This document shows positions 36,921 through 45,453 of a DNA stretch of 64,000 nt, in pieces. This DNA comes from an uncultured Pseudomonadota bacterium (GTDB lineage: Bacteria > Pseudomonadota > Gammaproteobacteria > Steroidobacterales > Steroidobacteraceae). The notes under the pieces were generated by a model that had not been told where the DNA came from, searched no databases, and was given only the letters and a program-made list of their open reading frames with translations. Where the stretch lies: NCBI GenBank assembly GCA_963824395.1, contig CAWGPF010000004.1, positions 220,872 through 284,871 on the forward strand, read 5' to 3'. A program made the translations under genes and the position numbers. How positions within the stretch are numbered: the first letter of the stretch is position 1; every line of letters starts with the position of its first letter.

Positions 36921-38593
36921 TGTCTGCCACGGAGGCGTTTCTCGCAGCGCGCGATCAGCTGTTGCGGTTGCGTGAGGACTGGGCAACCGCCCGGCGTGAC
37001 TTCCGTTGGCCACAGTTTGAATTCTTCAACTGGGCGCTCGATTATTTCGACGTGATCGCCGTCGGCAATCAGCAATGTGCCCTGCGCGTGGTCGATGATG
37101 CCGGTGCCAACCAGTCTCTCACGTTCGCACAGCTGTCCCACCGTTCGTCACAAGTCGCGAACTTTCTCGCATCCCAAGGCCTGAGACGTGGCGACAGACT
37201 CCTGATCATGCTGGGGAACGTGGTCCCGTTATGGGAGGCGATGCTAGGTGCGATGAAGCTAGGCGCGGTGATTATTCCCGCGACAACGTTGCTCGAGCGC
37301 GATGAGCTCGAGGACCGACTGAGGCGAGGCAACGTCCGAGGTATTATTACCCACAGCGGGCTCGCGCCCAGGTTTGCCGGGCTCACTGAATCTCAGGTCC
37401 GGATCACCGTCGATGAGGCGGTTCCAGGCTGGACGGAATTCCGCGACTCCGCCCGGGAATCAGTCATTTATACCTCCGCGACGACGACACGGGCCAGTGA
37501 CCTCCTGGTTCTGTATTTCACCTCCGGCACTACGGCGCAGCCGAAGCTGGTGGCGCACACCAATACAACCTACCCGGTGGGCCATCTCTCTACGATGTAC
37601 TGGATCGGGCTCAAGCCCGGTGACGTGCACCTCAATCTCAGCTCACCCGGATGGGCCAAGCACGCCTGGTCATCCCTGTTCGCGGCGTGGAATGCCCAGG
37701 CGACCGTACTCGCCTACCAGTATGCGCGCTTCGATGCAGAGGCTTTGCTTAAGCAGCTGGTGCAGCATGGTGTGACGACATTCTGTGCCCCACCTACGGT
37801 CTGGCGCATGCTGATCCAGCAGGACCTTTCGCGGTTTGGCGTGAAGCTGCGCGAGGTGGTGAGTGCCGGCGAGCCACTGAATCCGGAGGTCGTCTTGCGT
37901 GTGCAAGGCGCGTGGAACCTGACTATCAGGGACGGGTTCGGCCAGACCGAGACCACGGCGATTGTCGGCAACAGCCCGGGGCAGCCGGTAAGGGCGGGTT
38001 CGATGGGACGGCCGCTGCCCGGATACACCGTGAGCATCATCGATGCGGACGGCAGCCCCGCCGTTGAGGGTGAGATCTGCGTTGATCTGAGCTCGCAACC
38101 CTGCGGCGTTCTAAAGGAATATCTCGCGGAGCCGGAGCGCACCGCCCAGGCGATGCGTCAGGACCGCTACCACACGGGCGATGTGGCGACACGGGACGCG
38201 GACGGCTACTTTACCTACGTCGGCCGCCTCGACGACGTATTCAAGGCGTCAGACTACCGCGTCAGTCCCTTCGAACTCGAGAGTGTGCTAATCGAGCATC
38301 CGGCAGTCATTGAAGCAGCGGTCGTGCCCAGCCCGGACGCGCTGCGGCTGGCGGTGCCAAAGGCGTTCGTGGTTCTTGCGAGCGGTTACGCGCCGAGCGC
38401 CGCGACCGCAGGCTCGATTCTAGCCCACGTGCGGACTCGCGTTTCGCCGTACAAGCGGATCCGGCGAGTCGAGTTCGCCTCGCTCCCCAAGACCATCTCC
38501 GGCAAGATCCGACGCGTGGAACTACGCAAGCTTGAGGAGCAGCGGGCCACCATGCAGCGGCGGCCGGCAGAATTCTGGGAGGAAGACCTTTGA
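36920..38593 (+). CDS. AMP-forming acyl-CoA synthetase/ligase
   Basis: AMP-binding motif YFTSGTTAQPK, DGFGQTE, YHTGD and C-terminal SGKIRR. The GTG overlaps the amidase stop. Confidence 0.9.
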   Translation: MSATEAFLAARDQLLRLREDWATARRDFRWPQFEFFNWALDYFDVIAVGNQQCALRVVDDAGANQSLTFAQLSHRSSQVANFLASQGLRRGDRLLIMLGNVVPLWEAMLGAMKLGAVIIPATTLLERDELEDRLRRGNVRGIITHSGLAPRFAGLTESQVRITVDEAVPGWTEFRDSARESVIYTSATTTRASDLLVLYFTSGTTAQPKLVAHTNTTYPVGHLSTMYWIGLKPGDVHLNLSSPGWAKHAWSSLFAAWNAQATVLAYQYARFDAEALLKQLVQHGVTTFCAPPTVWRMLIQQDLSRFGVKLREVVSAGEPLNPEVVLRVQGAWNLTIRDGFGQTETTAIVGNSPGQPVRAGSMGRPLPGYTVSIIDADGSPAVEGEICVDLSSQPCGVLKEYLAEPERTAQAMRQDRYHTGDVATRDADGYFTYVGRLDDVFKASDYRVSPFELESVLIEHPAVIEAAVVPSPDALRLAVPKAFVVLASGYAPSAATAGSILAHVRTRVSPYKRIRRVEFASLPKTISGKIRRVELRKLEEQRATMQRRPAEFWEEDL

Positions 38594-38641
38594 TCTGCCT
38601 GACGTCGGCATAACGCGATCGTCGGCGGAGCCTGATCTCAG

Positions 38642-40327
38642 ATGGCGCAGATGCCAAGTCATGTCGTCGGAAGCACCGATCTGCCGCTACAGCACCAGAC
38701 GATTGGTGACCTGCTTGCGACCGCTGCGGGGCGCTACCCAGATCATGATGCCGTTGTAGTGCGTCAGCAGCACGCGCGCCTGACGTATCTTGAGCTAGAG
38801 CGCGAGGTCACGCGTGCTGCATGGGGGCTTGTGAGGCTCGGGCTCGTCCCCGGCGACCGATTAGGCATATGGTCTCCGAACCGGCTCGAATGGCTGCTGC
38901 TGCAGTTCGCGACCGCACGCGCGGGCATCGTGCTGGTCAACATCAACCCGGCTTATCGTCTGAGCGAACTGGGGTTCGCGCTTCGCAAGGTCGGTGTGCG
39001 CGCGCTGGTAATGGCGTCGGCATTCAAATCCAGCGACTACACCGAGATGACGCGCTCGCTGCTCGGCGCAGCAGCATTCTTGGGAGACGGACGGATCTCA
39101 TGTAAAGAGTTTCCGACACTCGAATGGCTCGTGCACCTCGGCGAGCTCGAGCTACCTGGATTCTTGTCTTTCCAGGCTCTTATTAGACTCTCTTCTGGGG
39201 CTGGACCGTTTACGTCCTCCACAAATCAGCTCGGGGAGCCTCATGCCCCGATCAACGTGCAATTCACTAGCGGTACGACCGGGTTGCCCAAAGGAGCAAC
39301 ACTCACCCACTTCAACATCCTCAACAATGGCTTTTTTGTCGGGGAGGGGATGCGGCTGACGCCGCGGGACCGGCTGTGTATTCCTGTGCCTCTGTACCAC
39401 TGCTTTGGCATGGTCCTTGGGGTTATAGCCGCGGTCACCCACGGTGCATGCATGGTGTTTCCCGCGGAGGCTTTCGATCCAATTAAGGTACTGGAGGCGG
39501 TCGAAGCGGAGCGGTGCACGGCGTTGCACGGTGTGCCCACGATGTTCATCGCCGAACTGGAACACCCGCGCTTTCGCGACTTCAACCTGTCGAGCCTGCG
39601 TACGGGGATCATGGCGGGTGCCCCGTGCCCAATCGAGGTGATGCGACGGGTTGTCACAGAAATGCACATGGACGAAATCACCATCTGCTACGGGATGACG
39701 GAAACCAGTCCGGTAAGCTTTCAGTCTTCGGTCGATGATCCGTTGGAAAAGCGCATCGCCACCGTGGGTCGTGTGCATCCGCACGTCGAAGTCAAGATTG
39801 TCGATGCAGAGGGGGCGACCGTCCCAGTTGGCGTAACCGGCGAGCTATGCACCCGCGGCTACAGCGTCATGAAGGGGTACTGGGATGACCCGGAGCGCAC
39901 CTCAGAGGTCATTGATGGCGACGGATGGATGCATACGGGCGATCTGGCGGCACTGGATGATGAGGGGTACTGCAAGATAGTCGGCCGCGTCAAGGATATG
40001 ATCATCCGTGGTGGCGAAAACGTGTACCCCCGCGAAGTCGAGGAATTTCTGTATCGACATCCCAAGATCCGAGAGGTCGCGGTCGTGGGAGTTCCTGACC
40101 GGAAGTACGGCGAGGAGGTTTGCGCGGTAATTCAGCTCCATGACGGCGTCCGAGCCGATGCAGAAGAGATCCGCATGTTCTGCCGCGGACAGATTGCGCA
40201 TCAAAAGATCCCTCGGTATGTACGTTTTGTCGACGCCTTCCCAATGACCATTACTGGCAAGATTCAGAAATTCCTCCTCCGTGCTGAGCTGAAAGATAGT
40301 CTGAAAACCTTCACCGATGAGGCATGA
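38642..40327 (+). CDS. AMP-forming acyl-CoA synthetase/ligase (FadD-like)
   Basis: [37 protein letters not shown] and TGKIQK motifs. Confidence 0.9.
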   Translation: MAQMPSHVVGSTDLPLQHQTIGDLLATAAGRYPDHDAVVVRQQHARLTYLELEREVTRAAWGLVRLGLVPGDRLGIWSPNRLEWLLLQFATARAGIVLVNINPAYRLSELGFALRKVGVRALVMASAFKSSDYTEMTRSLLGAAAFLGDGRISCKEFPTLEWLVHLGELELPGFLSFQALIRLSSGAGPFTSSTNQLGEPHAPINVQFTSGTTGLPKGATLTHFNILNNGFFVGEGMRLTPRDRLCIPVPLYHCFGMVLGVIAAVTHGACMVFPAEAFDPIKVLEAVEAERCTALHGVPTMFIAELEHPRFRDFNLSSLRTGIMAGAPCPIEVMRRVVTEMHMDEITICYGMTETSPVSFQSSVDDPLEKRIATVGRVHPHVEVKIVDAEGATVPVGVTGELCTRGYSVMKGYWDDPERTSEVIDGDGWMHTGDLAALDDEGYCKIVGRVKDMIIRGGENVYPREVEEFLYRHPKIREVAVVGVPDRKYGEEVCAVIQLHDGVRADAEEIRMFCRGQIAHQKIPRYVRFVDAFPMTITGKIQKFLLRAELKDSLKTFTDEA

Positions 40328-40453
40328 GCGTAGTGCCAGAAGCAGCCGGCGAGGTGTACTCGCTAGGTGGTGGTCTGGACCGGTAATATCCGGGCCTGAA
40401 CTATCTACATCGTTAATCTTTCAAGGGCGATAGCTCGTCGGTGTCCGTCAGAC

Positions 40454-40566
40454 CAACGGCCTCGGAATCCGTTTGTTCGACGCTGTGCGCCCGGAACTCT
40501 TTCGGCCCGAGCGCTACCGCACGAGAATTGGTGCAGATCGGGTGCAACGAGTGCCGCGACAGCGAT
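40454..40566. repeat. dispersed non-coding repeat, copy B
   Basis: See copy A. Hairpin AACGG-n9-CCGTT at the 5-prime end. It sits in the 480-bp gap between convergent genes. Confidence 0.55.
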
Positions 40567-40806
40567 TGGTCGCGCGCCGCCTGGGCGTTCCTTGGAGTGA
40601 GATCCTCATAGCTAGCGGCCGCTTGATTCCTGAACCCGGGCTATCTACGCGCTGCTCACTTCTTCCAATCCGCGGGGCCAGGCCAACAGCACCTGACCTC
40701 GGGCCTGTTTGCGGCGGTTCGCGAAGCTCGAGTGTCGCAAAGTGCGTGCAGCGTGGGAGCGTAAGGTTTGGAGTCAGGGGCGTGGTCGTACGGACTAGGC
40801 GCAAGC

Positions 40807-43542
40807 TCATTCCGGTAGATTCATCTGGCGCAGCAGTGACTTATAACGTGGTTGTTCACGTAATGGAGCCAGCGACAGGTCGACCTTGATCAGCACCAAT
40901 TCAGGATCCCGCTGTTCATAGGCTCGCTCCAGCGATGACATCGCTAAATCGGCTTGACCGCGGGCGGCGTAGAGGCCGGCAAGCGTAATGGAGTCGGACC
41001 CAGAGAACTTCCGCTCGAACTGGTGGAGCGCTTCATACGCCTCGGTTTTTCGACCGAGCGACCAGTAGATCATGGAGAGCGTCGAAAGCTTGTCGCCCTC
41101 ATTGTCTATTGTTTCGGCGACAGAGAGGGCCTCTGTCGGTTTGCCCGTAAGAACCAAAAGCCACGCATACTCCACGAGTGCAGATTCGTGGCGGGGATCG
41201 AGTTCGAACAGGCGTCGCAGCGTACGATTGGCGTCCGGGAACCGCCCAGCGAACACCTGCAGTGCAGACAAGAAATACAGGGCATTAACGTCGAGCGGGT
41301 TGCGCGTCAGGGCCTTATCTGCCTGCACTACGGCGTCATTTAGATCGCCGCTCATCTGCGCGCGGATGTATGCAAGGTCGACGCGCGCCATGCGCCCATC
41401 CTCTCCCCTGGGGTCCAGACTTACCGCCCGCTCCAGCTCTCGCTCAGCCCCGGTCCAATCCCAGTCGTAGGCGTGGTAGATGCGGCCGAGCCAGCGATGC
41501 GCAGCCGACGAGTTGGGATCTATTGCGAGCGCTCGATGCAGCGCCTGCAATGACCTCGATCTCACCACAGCCGGCGTAAGCGTGTGCGAGTAACCCTGAT
41601 TGACGTAGAGTCTGACCAGCTGCGTCCACGCTCGTACATAGCTCGGATCCCTCTTGAGCGCTTGCTGATACCGGTTGACCGCCCGCTCGAAGTCGCCTTT
41701 CTGTTGACGCTCGAAGAAATAGTTACCCTTGAGGAACAGGTTGTAGGCTGCCACGTTCTGCGGCCTGTCCCCCGTGGCGACTGCGCTTACGTCCAGGTTA
41801 TCGCTGAGGGCCTGTGACACCATTGCGGCGATGTCATCTTGGACGCTGAAGATGTCGTTGACGCTTTGGTCATAGCTGCGGGACCAGAGGACGGTATCGT
41901 CCGAGGCGTTCAGCAGTCGAGCAGTGACGCGTATTCGATCGCCGGCCTTGCGCACGGTGCCTTCAAGCACGTTTGCTACCCCGAGCCTTTGGCCGACCCG
42001 TCGAACGTCTTCATTCGTTTCTTTGAACTGAAAAGAGGAGGTCCGCGCGATTACCTTGAGGTCTGCGGAACGTGCAAGGCGATCAATGAGCTGCTCGGAG
42101 AGGCCCTCGGCGAGGTATTCCTCGTCCTTCTGCTCGCTCAAGTCCGCGAACGGAAGGACTGCCACGGAACCGGACGAAGGCGTAGGGCTGTCCATTCCGG
42201 AGTTTGTGTTGCCTACGGCGGCCGCGCTCGCCGTGGTTGCGAGGGCGGTCGGCGTCGGCCGCGCCGCGACTCTGGACCGATAGGCAGATTCGCGGTAGAT
42301 CGTATAGCCCAGCAACGCCAGAATCGTAGCAGTAGTGGTAGCGGCGACGGCGACGATGGAACGATTGCGTTCCAAGAATTTTCGCGGTCGGTAGGTGAGG
42401 GTGGTGGCGCGGGCGGCGACTGGCCTCCCGGCGAGGTAGCACCGCAGGTCCTGCGCGAAGGCCGCCACACTGGCGTAGCGCTGCGCCGGTTCTCTGGCAA
42501 GAGCTCGCAGCGTGATGGCATCCAGGTCGCCGCGCAGCTGGCGCACGAGCTCTTCATGACTGCCGGCGCGGACAGTCAATGCGCGCGGCCCAATCTGTGT
42601 GCTCGGCTTCCTCACTTCGACCGTGGAGATAGCGCGTTCGAGTGCCCCAATAGAGGCTGCGGTTTTGAGCTGATAAGGGCGAACGCCGGTCAGGAGTTCG
42701 TACAGTCCCACGCCCAGGGAGTAGATGTCGCTGCGAGCGTCAAGAGCCCCGCCGCAGAGGAGCTCAGGGCTTGCGTAGTCCGGTGTCATGGCTCGGCCGA
42801 ACGCACCGGTCAGTGACTGATCCGGTTCTTCCGCTTCGAGTAGCTTAGCGACGCCGAAGTCGAGCAGGCGTACCTGCCCGCCCTTGGTAACCAAAATATT
42901 GGAGGGCTTCAGATCACGATGGAGCACGTGCTTGTCGTGGGCATAGCGCACAGCCTCGAGAACCTGCAGGAACAACTCCAAGCGCTGGCGAATACCGAGC
43001 TGGCGGTCATCACACCAGTCTGTAAGTGGCTCGCCCTCGACGTACTCCATTGCGAAGTACTGCAGGCCGTTCGAATCAACCCCCGCGTCATAAAATCGCG
43101 CAATAAGCGGATGTTCAAGACTGGCCAGGATGTCGCGCTCCCGACCGAAGCGGTGTGCGATGTCGGCTCGCAGGTACGTAAGTCGCGGTAGCTTTAACGC
43201 GACGTCGCGCTTGAACGCGCCGTCTGCCCGGCGGGCCAGCCACACGAACGCCATTCCCCCCGAGCCCAGCGACCGAATCAATTCGTACGGGCCGACTCGC
43301 GCTCCCGGGCCCAGGCTACCGGGGCCTGGGTCAGCCGCACCAAGGTTCGGCAGCGTCGCTAATGCCGTTGGAACTGCACTGTCTGAGTCGCCGGGCAGCA
43401 ACGCCTTGCGAAGTGCCGGCGCAAGATTGTGGTATTCGGGGTGCAGTCTCTCCAGCCATGTGCGACGCGCCTCCTGATCAAGCGGCAGCGCTTCGTCCAG
43501 CAGGCGGCTCAGCAAAGCGATCTCAGGAATCGATAACCGCAT
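40807..43542 (-). CDS. Ser/Thr protein kinase with one TM, a TolB-N-like module and TPR repeats
   Basis: Kinase motifs GSGGMAFVW, ALK, HRDLKPSNILV, DFGVAK and SPE. TM IVAVAATTTATILALLGYTIY (~aa 396-416). Then VAVLPFADLSEQKDEEYLAEGLSEQLID... followed by ~330 aa of TPR-like repeats. Confidence 0.9.
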   Translation of the reverse strand: MRLSIPEIALLSRLLDEALPLDQEARRTWLERLHPEYHNLAPALRKALLPGDSDSAVPTALATLPNLGAADPGPGSLGPGARVGPYELIRSLGSGGMAFVWLARRADGAFKRDVALKLPRLTYLRADIAHRFGRERDILASLEHPLIARFYDAGVDSNGLQYFAMEYVEGEPLTDWCDDRQLGIRQRLELFLQVLEAVRYAHDKHVLHRDLKPSNILVTKGGQVRLLDFGVAKLLEAEEPDQSLTGAFGRAMTPDYASPELLCGGALDARSDIYSLGVGLYELLTGVRPYQLKTAASIGALERAISTVEVRKPSTQIGPRALTVRAGSHEELVRQLRGDLDAITLRALAREPAQRYASVAAFAQDLRCYLAGRPVAARATTLTYRPRKFLERNRSIVAVAATTTATILALLGYTIYRESAYRSRVAARPTPTALATTASAAAVGNTNSGMDSPTPSSGSVAVLPFADLSEQKDEEYLAEGLSEQLIDRLARSADLKVIARTSSFQFKETNEDVRRVGQRLGVANVLEGTVRKAGDRIRVTARLLNASDDTVLWSRSYDQSVNDIFSVQDDIAAMVSQALSDNLDVSAVATGDRPQNVAAYNLFLKGNYFFERQQKGDFERAVNRYQQALKRDPSYVRAWTQLVRLYVNQGYSHTLTPAVVRSRSLQALHRALAIDPNSSAAHRWLGRIYHAYDWDWTGAERELERAVSLDPRGEDGRMARVDLAYIRAQMSGDLNDAVVQADKALTRNPLDVNALYFLSALQVFAGRFPDANRTLRRLFELDPRHESALVEYAWLLVLTGKPTEALSVAETIDNEGDKLSTLSMIYWSLGRKTEAYEALHQFERKFSGSDSITLAGLYAARGQADLAMSSLERAYEQRDPELVLIKVDLSLAPLREQPRYKSLLRQMNLPE

Positions 43543-43594
43543 CGAACCCCCAGGCGAGCGATCGTTGGCGGTTGTCGGCGCCCACCATTTCAGC

Positions 43595-44176
43595 TCAGCG
43601 CAGCAGCTCTGCGAGGATTAGCCGCGCCTTCTCCCAGTCTCGCCGTACGGTGCGCTCGTTGATCTCCAGCGTCTCCGCGATTTCCTGTTCGCTGTAGCCG
43701 CCGAAATAGCGCATTTGCGCAACCTGGCCGAGACGTGGGTCGGCTTTTTCTAGCTCTCCGAGCGCCTCGTGTACCTTCAGGACGATCTCTTCGTGCTCCG
43801 CCACAGCGACCGGGAGCTCCGTGGACAGCGTCAACGGCCGCCAGTCACCGCCGCGCTTTTGTGCGATGTGCTCGCGCACGCTATCGACGATGACTGAACG
43901 CATCACCTGCGAGGCGTATGCGAAGAAGGCTCGTCGATCCTCGGCGCGCAGCGCCCCGGAGCCTACAAAGCGCAAGTACGATTCATGCACGAGGCTACTT
44001 GTATCCAGGACTGCGTTGCGGCCGCCTTGGCGAAGACGGGCGCGTGCCAGGGAATGAAGCTCGGAGTAGGAGGCCTCGAAAAGTGCATCGCGCGCCTTTA
44101 AGTCACCCGCGCGGAGGCGCTCGAGTAACTCGGTGAGCTGATGCGTCGAATACTTAGGGCCTGAGACGGAGTCCAC
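43595..44176 (-). CDS. ECF-type sigma factor (Sigma70_ECF / TIGR02999-like, kinase-associated group)
   Basis: LTELLERLRAGDLKARDALFEASYSELHSLARARL...SSLVHESYLRF, and a C-terminal region-4 HTH YFGGYSEQEIAETLEINERTVRRDWEKAR. GTG 44176 gives 193 aa; the track ORF extends to 44458 through non-sigma sequence. It lies 52 bp upstream of the kinase. Confidence 0.8.
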   Translation of the reverse strand: MDSVSGPKYSTHQLTELLERLRAGDLKARDALFEASYSELHSLARARLRQGGRNAVLDTSSLVHESYLRFVGSGALRAEDRRAFFAYASQVMRSVIVDSVREHIAQKRGGDWRPLTLSTELPVAVAEHEEIVLKVHEALGELEKADPRLGQVAQMRYFGGYSEQEIAETLEINERTVRRDWEKARLILAELLR

Positions 44177-44598
44177 TACGTTCAAGTCTACGCAACGCCC
44201 CGAGTTTTGCGGCACCGCACTGGCGCATCTTACGCCGCGTCGCAGCCCACGAGCATCCGGCAAGCCGGTACAGCCACCGTGGCCAACAGAATGTAAGAAA
44301 TTGTTAATACGGGCGTCGCTGAGGTGAATGCGAAGGCGATCCGCCTCCCTGACGACGGGACCCGGAGGAGCCTTTGCCGACCCAAGTGTCCGGTTTCGTT
44401 CGCTGATGGCGTCTGGATAAGCAGGGAGACCGTCCCCGAAGGGCTGGAGAGTCGGCATGCCGGAAAGAGGGCGTGGCTAAGGCTGCATCGGGACGGGAAT
44501 TCCACAACCAGCGCGCATTTACTGCCGGGGCGGTCATTCTCTAACTCTGGCATCCGGACGCAGCGCGCGGACACACCAACACAATGGGGAGAGGCATC

Positions 44599-45147
44599 AT
44601 GAAGAAAGTACTCACGGGAGCCGCCGCAATCGCATCAATAACGCTTGGATTCGCCGCACACGCAAGCTGCGTGGATCCGAGAACCTCGGGAAGCGGCGCA
44701 CTTTCCAACCTGCAGCTGACACACGGCGCGCAGCCCGGGCAGTTTCGAGGCAACGGTGTCGAGGAAAGGGTCGTCGGAACCTGGCTCGTGGTCTACACGC
44801 CCACGGGCTCCAAGACGCCATCCGGTGAGGCGTTCATCCAATGGCACAGTGATCGTACCGAGTGGGAATACATCAACTACCCCACACTGAATGGCAACAT
44901 CTGTCTCGGGTCGTGGAAGCCGCTCGATGGGGAGCATGTCTCTCGCAACCACTTCGGCTGGCTCTACAACGATGGCACCCTGGCGGGGTGGTTCAACGAG
45001 ACCGAGACCGATGAGGTTTCCTGGGACGGGAACTCGTACTCCGGCACGAACGACACGGTGCTCCATTTCTATCCGGTGCCGCCTGCCACTGAGGGAACGA
45101 CTCTGGAGCTGAAGGGCACAGCGAACGCAACACGGCTGGCGCCTTAG
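44599..45147 (+). CDS. secreted hypothetical protein
   Basis: ATG 44599 follows ggagagg. Signal peptide MKKVLTGAAAIASITLGFAAHA. It is divergent from the sigma/kinase operon. Confidence 0.6.
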   Translation: MKKVLTGAAAIASITLGFAAHASCVDPRTSGSGALSNLQLTHGAQPGQFRGNGVEERVVGTWLVVYTPTGSKTPSGEAFIQWHSDRTEWEYINYPTLNGNICLGSWKPLDGEHVSRNHFGWLYNDGTLAGWFNETETDEVSWDGNSYSGTNDTVLHFYPVPPATEGTTLELKGTANATRLAP

Positions 45148-45168
45148 CCTCTGCATCCGGGCTGGGCG

Positions 45169-45204
45169 CTTCGGTATCCCGTCGTCAGAAAAGGCGACGG
45201 GATA
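45169..45204. terminator. perfect 13-bp hairpin between convergent genes
   Basis: cggtatcccgtcg-tcagaaaagg-cgacgggataccg. There is no strong T-run, so this may be a bidirectional or Rho-assisted terminator. Confidence 0.45.
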
Positions 45205-45453
45205 CCGACCGCAGGTGTTTCGACGCGTAGGAGGCCGGTTAAGCGCATCGGGCTCTGGCCAGCTGGAGCCAACGGCTTTGGAATTCGTTGGTCGGTTGCA
45301 GCGGGCGCTGCAACATCAGGGCGCCGGAGGGTTGCTGGGCCCGTCCGGAGCAGATTCGGTGCACCCTGGGGAGCAGTGCGCCGTGCCGGATACCGCTGGA
45401 AGGCGCGTCCAGCGCTTAGCGGCACAAACTGGAACAGGGCGGGCGTTATTCGC

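Noticed and set aside
41839-42816. 325-aa plus-strand ORF. The same applies to 45544..46524(+), 12698..13606(+), 34946..35815(-), 33881..34510(-), 36381..37141(-) and 39152..39784(-).
   Set aside because: All lie antisense to CDS with strong family motifs (kinase, DUF885, phosphotransferase, TonB receptor, amidase, CoA ligases). Their translations are low-complexity and Arg-rich.
44177-44458. N-terminal 94 codons of the ECF sigma track ORF.
   Set aside because: There is no sigma-like sequence here. Region 2 begins right after GTG 44176, which gives the usual ~190-aa ECF size.
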